Of a DNA stretch of 64,000 nucleotides, positions 48,593 through 58,367 are shown in pieces. Every line of letters starts with the position of its first letter. The stretch's first letter is position 1. The notes under the pieces are model-generated. The model saw only the letters and a program-made list of their open reading frames with translations, searched no databases and was not told where the DNA came from. The stretch is from an uncultured Pseudomonadota bacterium (GTDB lineage Bacteria; Pseudomonadota; Alphaproteobacteria; Rs-D84), in contig CASEZC010000010.1 of NCBI GenBank assembly GCA_949292385.1, positions 7,432-71,431 on the forward strand. Direction: 5' to 3'. Position numbers and translations under genes: made by a program.

Positions 48593-49738
48593 TTATTTAT
48601 AACTTTTTATCAAATCAACTATTTGAAGTGACACATTTTCTGCATCAAATCTTTTTAAAGATTTTGATGCATTTTTTATCATCGTTTTTATATCTACCTG
48701 CCCGTTCCAAACAGCAGTCAAACAATCAGATAATTGTTCTGCGTTTCCAGGCTCAAATAATAATCCAGCTTTTCCATCAAGTAATATTTCACGTGGGCCA
48801 TTTCTGCAATCAGAAGAAATATTCAATACATCCAGAGCAGACGCCTCGGTTAAAACAGTTGGCAAACCTTCAGCCCTACTAGACAAAATATTTGCAATCG
48901 AATTTTTCATATATCCAAATGGATTTGACATAGCCCCTGTAAAAATAACATTGTTTTTTACGGGCAAACTTTCTGCATATTCTTTATATCTTCCAGCAAA
49001 ACTTCCGTCACCTATTATATATAAGTTAACTTTTGGCTTTTTATTTTTAAGCCAGAAATCATTAAAAGCTTTTATCAAAGTATTAATGTCTTTATCCGCA
49101 TACAATCTGGACAAACATACAAAATAATTTTTATCGTTTGGCACACTTGCCAAATCAGCTTTTTCCTTTATAGCAAGAATATCTACAGGATTATAAATTC
49201 TTATTAGTTTATTTTTATATTCAGGCCATTTTTCTGTTACCTCGTCCATAAAGCCATCAGTCAAAGCAACCAATCTATCATAATCTTTCATATATCTTAT
49301 ATAATTACCAGATAAAAAAACATCTACAGAAGAATGCCACCAAACTAATTTCGGTTTATCTATATTTTTCAATTCGTTATCAAAAGAAAAGTTATAATAA
49401 TCTACAAAAACATCTATATCTTTAAAGTATTTTTTATTCACAAATTTTCTTCTAAACCAACGATAAACATCGCGCAAAGAATGTTGAATTAATCTTGTTA
49501 AAAAGAAGTGCGCCAAATCAGTGCCAAGCCAACGACAAGGATACAAAACTTTTACCGTAACCTCTGGATGTTTATTAAACCAATCTGCATATAACGGTTC
49601 TTTAATTTTTACATATGAAATAAACTCGATATCTAAATCTTTACGCGATATAAGCTTTTCAAGCGTTCTTATAAAAACACTTTCGACCCCACCTATTTTC
49701 ATATCACGCAAACAAAACGCGACCTTAACTTTTTTCAT
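48593..49738 (-). CDS. Glycosyltransferase family 4 (GT-B, retaining)
   Basis: C-terminal EGLPTVLTEA (E-x7-E) motif of GT4 enzymes. Confidence 0.75.
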   Translation of the reverse strand: MKKVKVAFCLRDMKIGGVESVFIRTLEKLISRKDLDIEFISYVKIKEPLYADWFNKHPEVTVKVLYPCRWLGTDLAHFFLTRLIQHSLRDVYRWFRRKFVNKKYFKDIDVFVDYYNFSFDNELKNIDKPKLVWWHSSVDVFLSGNYIRYMKDYDRLVALTDGFMDEVTEKWPEYKNKLIRIYNPVDILAIKEKADLASVPNDKNYFVCLSRLYADKDINTLIKAFNDFWLKNKKPKVNLYIIGDGSFAGRYKEYAESLPVKNNVIFTGAMSNPFGYMKNSIANILSSRAEGLPTVLTEASALDVLNISSDCRNGPREILLDGKAGLLFEPGNAEQLSDCLTAVWNGQVDIKTMIKNASKSLKRFDAENVSLQIVDLIKSYK

Positions 49739-49756
49739 AAAAACACCTTAAAGCAT

Positions 49757-50776
49757 TTATTTGTTATTTATAAAACAAACGATATCGCAACGAATTTTCT
49801 TTGCCCACTTTGTGCAAGGATTGTCCAAAGCACCCATCTTTTCTAATTCACGAAAAGCCTGACGCGCGACTTCCATATCTTCGTTATTATCAATATATTT
49901 AACTTTTCTGTACGCCCACTTTATAAAATACCATTTGAACTTTTCAGACCATTGTTGCATTTGATAGCAGTTCGCTTTTTCTTTATACAGCAAGAAAGAA
50001 TTTTTTATTCCCACGCACAAACTCTGCAATATCTTTAATTGCTTTGCAGACAAAACAATTCCACCAAAATTAGGTATATAAAAATATAATGGTAAAGGAC
50101 AAATTGTAATCTTAGGATTTTTTAACATGACTTCGCTCCACCAAGGGAAGTCTTCAAACAAAATGCCTTTTATAAAAGGTACATCTTCTATCAAAGATTT
50201 TTTATACAAATTTTTCCAAACCTGACAATGTTTAATCAGCCATTTTCTTTTAGGATTAAACGGATTGTGGGCACTTTCCGTTGCATACTCAAAAACATTA
50301 TCTGTAACTAATGTCTTTACCTGGGCTGGATTATATCTTTTATTTATGCGTCCTGGCACAACATCATCTGTACTCAACCCCAGTTTATGACGAACCATTA
50401 ATTGAGGTCTGTAAATTCTGTCATAAGTAAAAGAGACTATATCAGACGCATCACGTTTAGCCAGAAACATTGATATTTCTAATGTCTGAGGATGTATAAA
50501 GTCATCACTATCAAGATATAAAACATATTCACCGGTTGCGACTTTCATCCCCGCATTACGCGCATCCGAAAGCCCTCCATTTTTCTTATCAACAATCTTA
50601 AACCTAGAATCTTTTGCACAGTATTCTTTAAGAATCTCCATACAATTATCAGGACTGCCATCATTAACGCAAATTGCTTCCCAATCTGAAAAAGTCTGAT
50701 TTAAAACGCTATCCAGACAACGACGCAAATATTTTTCAACGTTATATATAGGTATAATGATGGAAACAGCCGTCAT
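49757..50776 (-). CDS. Glycosyltransferase family 2
   Basis: SIIIPIYNVEKYLRRCLDSVLNQTF...VNDGSPD...LDSDD GT2 signature. Confidence 0.85.
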   Translation of the reverse strand: MTAVSIIIPIYNVEKYLRRCLDSVLNQTFSDWEAICVNDGSPDNCMEILKEYCAKDSRFKIVDKKNGGLSDARNAGMKVATGEYVLYLDSDDFIHPQTLEISMFLAKRDASDIVSFTYDRIYRPQLMVRHKLGLSTDDVVPGRINKRYNPAQVKTLVTDNVFEYATESAHNPFNPKRKWLIKHCQVWKNLYKKSLIEDVPFIKGILFEDFPWWSEVMLKNPKITICPLPLYFYIPNFGGIVLSAKQLKILQSLCVGIKNSFLLYKEKANCYQMQQWSEKFKWYFIKWAYRKVKYIDNNEDMEVARQAFRELEKMGALDNPCTKWAKKIRCDIVCFINNK

Positions 50777-50790
50777 GAATAATCCTTTTT

Positions 50791-51687
50791 TTACATTTTC
50801 AACATTTCATCAGCAAAAGAGCCTTTTATTGGATTTTTAGCTTGTTTATATGTAGTTTTTTGAAAGAACGCCCCAGATGTAACTTCATCAAAAACTTTTT
50901 TATCAAAAGGTTTATCCGCATACGCCCACCACAAAGCATGCGTTGGGTCCTGATCAACATGAGGCATTTTTGCGAAATATTTTTTAGCCCGTGGGTCATT
51001 CATTACCAACGTTCTAAATAATAATTGATGCATAAAATAATCAAAGCTGTGATTCTCATGCATCCAGTAATCCAAAATCATTGCGCGCCATGCGTCTAAT
51101 AAGTAAGCTCCCTTTCTAGCTCTTATAAAGCAATTTTGCATAAAGCTATATGGACTGCCCACTTTTTGTCCAGCCATATAAACAAAGAAGTCTTCATCAA
51201 CAATCCATTGTGGTATTGCGGACGTTGCAAAACCTGTTGAATCCAACCAAAAACCACCATGTTCATATAATAACTCTACCCTACAAATATCCGCAAAATG
51301 AGCATTTTTTATTTTACCCTGCTTGCGCTTTTCTATAATTTCATCAGGTAAAGTTATATAATCGAACAAAGTATTTTCATCTAACACAACTAATTCTTGC
51401 GAACAATGCTTGCGAATATTGCGAAAGCAAGCCTTTACCAATTCAGGTGCATTTTTTTCACCTTGCAACCAGATAGAAAAAATCTTTTCATTTTTATCAT
51501 CTTTTATTGGTTTTCTTTCTTTCACAGCTGCAGCCGCAGGCAAATATCTTTTAAAATATTTTGGTATAACATCCAAGATTACATCGCAACGTACAGCCCG
51601 TCTAACTTCCCTTGGACGCCAAAACCAATTTAAAACATGCCCACGAATGATAATTTCAGTCATCGCCCAGCATCTTGCAAGATTCAT
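50791..51687 (-). CDS. Glycosyltransferase with DXD sugar-binding region (capsular-polysaccharide-synthesis / GT32-like). Possible alternative start at 51663.
   Basis: ADICRVELLYEHGGFWLDST matches the Gly_transf_sug / Caps_synth motif. Confidence 0.6.
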   Translation of the reverse strand: MNLARCWAMTEIIIRGHVLNWFWRPREVRRAVRCDVILDVIPKYFKRYLPAAAAVKERKPIKDDKNEKIFSIWLQGEKNAPELVKACFRNIRKHCSQELVVLDENTLFDYITLPDEIIEKRKQGKIKNAHFADICRVELLYEHGGFWLDSTGFATSAIPQWIVDEDFFVYMAGQKVGSPYSFMQNCFIRARKGAYLLDAWRAMILDYWMHENHSFDYFMHQLLFRTLVMNDPRAKKYFAKMPHVDQDPTHALWWAYADKPFDKKVFDEVTSGAFFQKTTYKQAKNPIKGSFADEMLKM

Positions 51688-51701
51688 GATTTATCCTTTT
51701 T

Positions 51702-52787
51702 TTATTCTTCATCAGATAAAACTTCGACGGCACTTTCATCATCTACCGGCCCAGTTGTCATTTCTTCTGCGATACCTGATGACTTTGCCATAATTTTATC
51801 TAACAATTCTTGTTGTGCTTCTGGGTGGTCTTTCAACCATGCACGTGCATTCGCTTCACCCTGCCCCATACGTTCATTATTGTAAGAATAGAAACTTCCA
51901 GCCTTTTCAATAAAGTCATATTTAACGCCCATATCCAATATTTCACTAATTCTTGAAATACCTTCACCATACATAATTTTAAAATCAACTGTACGGAAAG
52001 GAGGCGCAACTTTATTTTTTACAATCTTTACGCGTGTTTCATTACCAACGATATTTTCTTTATCCTTAATTTGCCCTGTACGGCGAATATCAAGACGTAC
52101 AGACGCATAGAACTTTAACGCATTTCCACCCGACGTAGTTTCTGGGTTACCAAACATAACGCCAATTTTCATACGAATCTGATTAATAAATATCAATAAA
52201 GTATTACTGCGGGAAACACTTCCTGCCAATTTCTTTAAAGACTGGCTCATCAATCTTGCGGTTGTACCTACAAAAGAATCACCGATATTACCTTCTAATT
52301 CAGCCTTTGGTACCAAAGCAGCAACCGAATCGATTACCACAACATCAACAGCACCAGACTTAATAAGAGTATCTGCAATTTCCAACGCCTGTTCACCAGA
52401 ATCCGGCTGAGAAATAATTAAGTTAGCAACATCAACGCCTAACTTTTTAGCGTAAGACGGGTCCAATGCATTTTCAGCATCAATATAAGCGCAAGTACCG
52501 CCTTTTTTCTGAGCCTCTGCAACGGCATGCAACGCCAATGTAGTTTTACCAGAACTTTCCGGTCCATAAATTTCAACAATTCTTCCCCTAGGATAACCAC
52601 CGATACCAAGCGCGATATCAAGTCCCAAGGAACCTGATGAAATAGCTTCTATATTTTGCTGACTGCCATCACCCATTTTCATGATGGCTTCTTTACCGAA
52701 TTGCTTTTGAATTTGAGCCAGCGCAGATTCCAATGCAGGATTTTTTGCCGGTGCGCCATTTTCTTTTACTGCTTCTTTCTTTGCCAT
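51702..52787 (-). CDS. recA: Recombinase RecA
   Basis: GPESSGKTT Walker A and RecA core; short N-terminal extension and acidic C-terminal tail. Confidence 0.95.
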   Translation of the reverse strand: MAKKEAVKENGAPAKNPALESALAQIQKQFGKEAIMKMGDGSQQNIEAISSGSLGLDIALGIGGYPRGRIVEIYGPESSGKTTLALHAVAEAQKKGGTCAYIDAENALDPSYAKKLGVDVANLIISQPDSGEQALEIADTLIKSGAVDVVVIDSVAALVPKAELEGNIGDSFVGTTARLMSQSLKKLAGSVSRSNTLLIFINQIRMKIGVMFGNPETTSGGNALKFYASVRLDIRRTGQIKDKENIVGNETRVKIVKNKVAPPFRTVDFKIMYGEGISRISEILDMGVKYDFIEKAGSFYSYNNERMGQGEANARAWLKDHPEAQQELLDKIMAKSSGIAEEMTTGPVDDESAVEVLSDEE

Positions 52788-52876
52788 AAAATTTCCCCTT
52801 TTCTTTTTTAAAAATCATACAAGGAAAAACCAATTTACGCAACGAAAATAAAGCGCCCAACTAACAAGTATATTAT

Positions 52877-54061
52877 TTATTTTTTAGCCAATAAAACTAA
52901 TGCAGAAAAGACACCAATTACAGCCGTAACCAACCAAACAGCAGATGTTGTTCCAAATGCAGTTATACAAACAGCCCCCAATATTGGTGCAATAACATTC
53001 GGTAAATTAACACTGGTTCTAAACACACCATAAAATTTTGTTTGTTCTGATTTTTTTGTATTATCAAAGAACAATAAATCATGCACAGATTCCATCAACG
53101 CCCCTGATATTTGCCACATAACAAATATAGCAAGCAACGGGAATCCTGTTACAAACGTGGCTAAAGCAGAAAAAGCCGCAAAAGATAAGAATCCAATCAG
53201 CAACCACAACTTTTTACCATACTTTCTGACCAACTTCGCCATCATTTCGGATAAAATAAGATAAGGAATAATACCCAGCGTCAACACCCAACCAAGAGTA
53301 TCTTTCGAGAAGCCATTTTCTATAACAACGATTGGCACATAAAGATATCGCATTGCACGCAAAGAATAATAACCAAAATTCACGGCATACGCTCTTAACA
53401 TTCCAGCCTTAGAAAAAAATGCAATTGAATTTTTCCATAACGCCTTAAAAGTTCTTCTTGGGTCAACCGGGCTAATTTTTTTATCTTCTTGAACAACTTT
53501 AAACAATTTAAACGACATCCAACCCGCCAAATAAATTAATGCAGACGCAAAGAATGCCGCCCTATTAGTGAACTGACCAGCAATCGCCACAGCTATCATT
53601 GGAGCAAACAATGCACCAATATTAAGCCACAAATGGTACCTAGAATTAAGTTTAGCCATACCTATATTTTTTGAAAAGTCTGACATAAATAAAGGAATCA
53701 GTACTCCAACCAACGTTACGGCTATACCAGTTGTATAATCTAAAATAATAAAAGTGCTTGGACGAATAGAAAAGCTCATCATAGCATAACCTATTGCCAG
53801 CAACAACATTACCGAATAAAAAACTTTTACTTTAGAAAATCTGCGAAACAGCTCGTTTGCAAACAAGCCAACTATCATACAAAACGCCGCATATATAGCC
53901 ACATAAATACCAACGACGGCAGAACTTTGAAATATTTCTAACAAAACCAAAGAGTAAACAGCATTATAAATACCATCTGCAAAACCGGTAAACAAACCAA
54001 GATTTGCAAATGAAAAACCACTTATACCACTTTTTACAGAAATATATTTATCCTTAGCCAT
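52877..54061 (-). CDS. MFS transporter
   Basis: 394 aa, 12 predicted TM helices, MFS topology. Confidence 0.7.
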   Translation of the reverse strand: MAKDKYISVKSGISGFSFANLGLFTGFADGIYNAVYSLVLLEIFQSSAVVGIYVAIYAAFCMIVGLFANELFRRFSKVKVFYSVMLLLAIGYAMMSFSIRPSTFIILDYTTGIAVTLVGVLIPLFMSDFSKNIGMAKLNSRYHLWLNIGALFAPMIAVAIAGQFTNRAAFFASALIYLAGWMSFKLFKVVQEDKKISPVDPRRTFKALWKNSIAFFSKAGMLRAYAVNFGYYSLRAMRYLYVPIVVIENGFSKDTLGWVLTLGIIPYLILSEMMAKLVRKYGKKLWLLIGFLSFAAFSALATFVTGFPLLAIFVMWQISGALMESVHDLLFFDNTKKSEQTKFYGVFRTSVNLPNVIAPILGAVCITAFGTTSAVWLVTAVIGVFSALVLLAKK

Positions 54062-54137
54062 AGCCAGAATATTTTATCACAAAAAAGTAATATTTCAAAG
54101 TGCAACAAAAAACCTGCTTTCCAGCAGGTTTAGTTTT

Positions 54138-54572
54138 TTATTGTTTATTTTGATTTTGTCTATCTTCATAAAGTTTTGCAAAATCAACCGGCTGCATAAC
54201 AAAAGTTGGGAAACCGGATTCGCTTGTCAATCTTGCAATCAAAGCACGAACAGCTGGGAACAATAAAGTTGGAACATCTATTAACAAAGTACGTTTTTTA
54301 ACTTCTTCGTCTTTTTCTTCGCCCATCTGAACCAATCCAGAATAAGTAGATTCAATCAAGAAGATAGATTTATCCCCTGCTTCCAATTTCGAGTGAACTT
54401 TTGTAATCAAATCAACCATAAACAAATTGTTTTCTGCGCCTTTGATTTGAATATCAATATTGATTTCCAATTTAGCCTGACCATTATCTTGCTTAAAAAA
54501 CAATTCAGGAACATTTGGACTTTCAAAAGAAATATCCTTTAAGAACTGAGATATTATATTAAAATTAGCCAT
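54138..54572 (-). CDS. secB: Protein-export chaperone SecB (start taken at MANFNI)
   Basis: SecB core (LKDISFESPNVPELFF...). Confidence 0.8.
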   Translation of the reverse strand: MANFNIISQFLKDISFESPNVPELFFKQDNGQAKLEINIDIQIKGAENNLFMVDLITKVHSKLEAGDKSIFLIESTYSGLVQMGEEKDEEVKKRTLLIDVPTLLFPAVRALIARLTSESGFPTFVMQPVDFAKLYEDRQNQNKQ

Positions 54573-54679
54573 TATATTTACTCCTTTTTGGCGGGACAAA
54601 AAACCCATCTGGACTTAGCACCCCATTTTATGATAATATAGCATTATAAAAATATTTTACAAGTGGGGGAATAGAGATT

Positions 54680-55783
54680 ATGTCACACTGGTTTAAACAG
54701 TATATAAGTCATGTAATTATTGGCCTCTGTTGTGCTTTTACGCTTACATCTTGCGATTTATCAACTCCGACGCACAGCGGTGACAATTCAGTTATACCAT
54801 CTAATTTAAGAAAAGTTTCTTACAGTGAACTTCCTGGCTGGGATAATGACGATGTAAGATACGCTTTGCAAGCGTTTCGTAATTCTTGTAAGGCGAAAAT
54901 ACAATACACGGGTCGCGTAATACCAGACAAGGCTTTATTTGAAGAAAAATGCAGAATGTTACCAAGTGCCAGTGCTAACGTTGCAACAGTCCGTGCATGG
55001 TTTGAATCCAACTTTCAACCATACCAAGTATATAATGATGATGGCGGAAAACGCGGTACATACACAGGATACTATTCTCCTATAATTCCTGCTTGCAGAA
55101 CAAAAACCGCACAATGCAACGAACCATTAATGGGTGTACCAACAGACGGCAGAAAATATAAAGGCGTAGATAAAAAGACAATTGTAGAGAACAGAATTGG
55201 TCGCGTTTTATATTGGGCAAACATTGTTGATGTACAAAACATACAAATACAAGGCAGCGGTATGTTAGAACTGGAAGACGGTACTAATGTAAAATTAAAT
55301 TTTGCTGCTGTAAATGATATGCCATTTAAATCTATAGGGGAACAATTACGTAATCGTGGAATAAGGCCAGATGGCGGATATTCTGCTGACGCAGTATGGA
55401 AATACCTGAAGAAGAATCCATCTCTTGCAAAAGAAGTTATATACAGCAATCCGCGCTATGTATATTTCTATGAATCAGTTCCACCAGATGTAATCGGGAA
55501 GCTTGGCACACCACTATCAAAGATACGTTCAATTGCAATGGACGATGATATATATACACTTGGAATGCCGGTATATATAGATACAAACCTGTCCGACGGA
55601 CGCAGATTCAGTCGTCTTATGATTGCACAAGACACAGGCAGTGCTATACGTGGCTGGATACGTGCAGACATATTCTTTGGCAAAGGTGACGAAGCATATA
55701 AATTTGCACACGGTCAACATGCTCAAGGTCAGATGTTCATTTTGATGCCGAAAGAATATAGTTATGTCAAACCAACAAGATAA
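54680..55783 (+). CDS. mltA: Membrane-bound lytic murein transglycosylase A
   Basis: Lipoprotein signal (LTSCD), MltA and 3D domains (GSAIRGWIRADIFFGKG). Confidence 0.8.
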   Translation: MSHWFKQYISHVIIGLCCAFTLTSCDLSTPTHSGDNSVIPSNLRKVSYSELPGWDNDDVRYALQAFRNSCKAKIQYTGRVIPDKALFEEKCRMLPSASANVATVRAWFESNFQPYQVYNDDGGKRGTYTGYYSPIIPACRTKTAQCNEPLMGVPTDGRKYKGVDKKTIVENRIGRVLYWANIVDVQNIQIQGSGMLELEDGTNVKLNFAAVNDMPFKSIGEQLRNRGIRPDGGYSADAVWKYLKKNPSLAKEVIYSNPRYVYFYESVPPDVIGKLGTPLSKIRSIAMDDDIYTLGMPVYIDTNLSDGRRFSRLMIAQDTGSAIRGWIRADIFFGKGDEAYKFAHGQHAQGQMFILMPKEYSYVKPTR

Positions 55784-56093
55784 ATTTAATCATCGCTTAT
55801 CTCGTCCGCAAACAGTTGCGGGCGCGATGGGCGGGCTGTTAAAAATCTTTGGAATACGCGCATCAGATTCGGACTTAGTCGCCAGATGGCCAGAAATAAT
55901 GGGTTCTGATATTTCGCGCGTAGCAAACATAGTTGCAGTAAAAAAAACAAAAACAAATAAGTTCAATATTGTTTTACGTCCGACTAACCCTGCTCTAACA
56001 TTACAACTATCATATATGTCTGAAGAGATAAAACAGCGGATAAATAAATATTTTGGACGTGACGCTGTTGAAAAAATAAGTTTTAGAAAATAA
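55764..56093 (+). CDS. DUF721-family protein (alphaproteobacterial mltA-linked small protein)
   Basis: 109 aa; overlaps the mltA 3' end by 20 nt. This is the conserved alphaproteobacterial position of DUF721 genes downstream of mltA. Confidence 0.5.
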   Translation: MSNQQDKFNHRLSRPQTVAGAMGGLLKIFGIRASDSDLVARWPEIMGSDISRVANIVAVKKTKTNKFNIVLRPTNPALTLQLSYMSEEIKQRINKYFGRDAVEKISFRK

Positions 56094-56103
56094 CGAGAAA
56101 AAA

Positions 56104-56123
56104 ATACCGGTAAAAACCGGTAT
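56104..56123. terminator. Bidirectional rho-independent terminator
   Basis: aaaaATACCGGTaaaaACCGGTATtttt. Confidence 0.8.
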
Positions 56124-56128
56124 TTTTA

Positions 56129-56407
56129 TTATTTCAACATTTTTCTTTCCCACCACACAGCAAGTGCTGGAACCAAGAAAAATACAACCCCTGCCAACTT
56201 CCAAATAGCCAAGAAACTTATCGCGGAAACATATAAATACGGCAAAGAAATTCCTGTTATACGAACTGCAAAATACATAAACGCTGGCCATAAAGTTAAA
56301 AGCCAAACCAAAACGACCATTAATAAATTTATCAAGAAGGCCCTGAAATATACACGTTGTTTAGACAACAATTTAAGTTCTAACATTTCTTTATATTCTT
56401 TTTTCAT
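56129..56407 (-). CDS. Small hypothetical membrane protein (92 aa, 2-3 TM)
   Basis: Hydrophobic helices (FLINLLMVVLVWLLTLW, VSAISFLAIW, GVVFFLVPALAVWW). Confidence 0.4.
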   Translation of the reverse strand: MKKEYKEMLELKLLSKQRVYFRAFLINLLMVVLVWLLTLWPAFMYFAVRITGISLPYLYVSAISFLAIWKLAGVVFFLVPALAVWWERKMLK

Positions 56408-56458
56408 TAGTGCCCCCTTTGGCTTTTACATTCTAATTATAACATATCATAAACAAAG

Positions 56459-56938
56459 TTAGAAATTAAATTTGCTCATATTAGCATGCGCCAAAGCAAT
56501 TGCGATAGCATCACTCTCGTCTGGCGTTTTCGGTTGCGCTGCCGGCAACAACATTCGCACCATTTTATAAACTTGATCTTTATCAGCATGCCCAGCAGAA
56601 GTTAACGCTTTTTTTATTTTATTCGGTTCATATTCAAAAATAGGAATATTTTTATCGGCCACTGCAACAATTGCTGCTGCACGTGCATGCCCCAACGCCA
56701 ACGTAGTCTGAGGATTTTTATTAACAAACGTAATTTCTATACTACATTCATCTGGGCAAAACGTATCACAAAGTTTTGATACTTCACGAAAAATGAAAGC
56801 CAAACGATTTGGCAAATTTTCTGACCTTGGTGGCAAAACAACACCACTACTAATATACTTACGATTATTACCAACAGTTTCTATTATAGACCACCCAGTA
56901 TGCAAAAGTCCTGGATCTATACCAATTATGCGTGTCAT
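56459..56938 (-). CDS. ruvC: Holliday junction resolvase RuvC
   Basis: MTRIIGIDPGLLHTGWSIIE (catalytic D in the IGIDPG motif). Confidence 0.9.
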   Translation of the reverse strand: MTRIIGIDPGLLHTGWSIIETVGNNRKYISSGVVLPPRSENLPNRLAFIFREVSKLCDTFCPDECSIEITFVNKNPQTTLALGHARAAAIVAVADKNIPIFEYEPNKIKKALTSAGHADKDQVYKMVRMLLPAAQPKTPDESDAIAIALAHANMSKFNF

Positions 56939-56974
56939 AAACAATCCTTTCTACACAGATTATAAAATAAAAAA

Positions 56975-56990
56975 TGTCGCCAAAGCGACA
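56975..56990. terminator. Rho-independent terminator between yebC and ruvC (TGTCGC-caaa-GCGACA with flanking A/T runs)
   Basis: aaaaaaTGTCGCcaaaGCGACActttttattt. Confidence 0.7.
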
Positions 56991-57014
56991 CTTTTTATTT
57001 ATAAACGAATCTAT

Positions 57015-57731
57015 TTATGCAGCTGCCGTAAATACTTTCTGAACGTCATCATTATCATCCAAAGCATCTACTAACTTTTCTATTTTTGCATAAGTTTCAT
57101 CATCCAAGTCCATTGGCATATTTGGTATCCAAGTAAGCTCTGCGCTTTCTGGTTCACCAAGTTTATCACTAAGAACTTTCTGAACATTCATAAAATCGTC
57201 AGGTTTAGTAGTTATGATAAAGCCTTCTTCTGAAGTTTCTAAATTATCTGCATTTGCATCCATAATGATTTCCATCATTTCATCTTCGTTTTTACCAATA
57301 GAAGCTGGATAAAATATTTGACCTGCACGTGTAAACATAAATACAACGCTGCCCTCTTCGCCCATATTTCCGCCATTTTTAGCAAAGATATTACGAACTT
57401 CAGGAACTGTACGACGTGGATTATCAGTCAAAGCTTCAACGATAACAGGAACAGCCCCAGGGCCATAACCTTCGTAACGTACTGCAACATAGTTTTCTGT
57501 ATTAGAACCAGATGCCTTTTCGATTGCGCGCTTGATATTATCATTTGGCATAGAGTTTTTACGAGCATTCAAAACCGCCAAACGCAAACGAGGGTTATTA
57601 TCTGGATTTTTATCACCCAACTTTGCAGCCATTGTTATTTCACGTGCCAGCTTCGTAAACAAACCGCTACGAGCCGCGTCATTCGCACCCTTTTTGTGCT
57701 GAATATTATGCCATTTACTATGTCCGCTCAT
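57015..57731 (-). CDS. yebC: YebC/PmpR-family transcriptional regulator
   Basis: MSGHSKWHNIQHKKG... canonical YebC N-terminus, 238 aa. Confidence 0.9.
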   Translation of the reverse strand: MSGHSKWHNIQHKKGANDAARSGLFTKLAREITMAAKLGDKNPDNNPRLRLAVLNARKNSMPNDNIKRAIEKASGSNTENYVAVRYEGYGPGAVPVIVEALTDNPRRTVPEVRNIFAKNGGNMGEEGSVVFMFTRAGQIFYPASIGKNEDEMMEIIMDANADNLETSEEGFIITTKPDDFMNVQKVLSDKLGEPESAELTWIPNMPMDLDDETYAKIEKLVDALDDNDDVQKVFTAAA

Positions 57732-57781
57732 ATTTGACCTTTTACTTTTATTAGATTAAAATTACCTCAAAAGGATAACAA

Positions 57782-58366
57782 ATGATTGGAAAATTGCAAG
57801 GAGTTGTTGATTATATTGGTGATGGTTTTATTATCTTAATGACCGGTGGGGTTGGATATAAAGTTTTCACTCCGGAATACTTAACCCCTAAATCAACAGT
57901 ATCACTTTGGATAGAAACAGTTGTTCGCGAAGATTCGATACGTTTATTCGGCTTTTCAACAATCGCCAGTCAGACCTTATTTAATCAACTGACGGGCGTA
58001 TCTGGCGTTGGTCCAAAAGTAGCGTTGGCAATAATGGGCACAATAAAGACAGATACATTAATGTCTGCCATTGCAACCGGTGACGCAAAAACGATTGCCA
58101 CTGCACCTGGTGTTGGGAAAAAGATGGCCGAAAAAATAATTGTAGAATTAAAGAACAAAATTGGTGGGTCTTCATTTGATATATTCAATCAAGACAGTAC
58201 AAGCCAATCTTCTGCACTATCTGATTTGCTCTCTGCGCTTGAATCATTGGGATACAGAAGATTAGATATAATAGACATGGCACAAAAATTGGTATCAAAC
58301 AATCCAACAGCAGACGTTACAAAACTTGTACCAATGGCATTAAAAGAAATAAGTGGTAATAAATAA
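57782..58366 (+). CDS. ruvA: Holliday junction DNA helicase RuvA
   Basis: MIGKLQGVVDYIGDGFIILMTGGVGYKV and HhH motifs (GVGPKVALAI). Confidence 0.9.
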   Translation: MIGKLQGVVDYIGDGFIILMTGGVGYKVFTPEYLTPKSTVSLWIETVVREDSIRLFGFSTIASQTLFNQLTGVSGVGPKVALAIMGTIKTDTLMSAIATGDAKTIATAPGVGKKMAEKIIVELKNKIGGSSFDIFNQDSTSQSSALSDLLSALESLGYRRLDIIDMAQKLVSNNPTADVTKLVPMALKEISGNK

Positions 58367-58367
58367 A

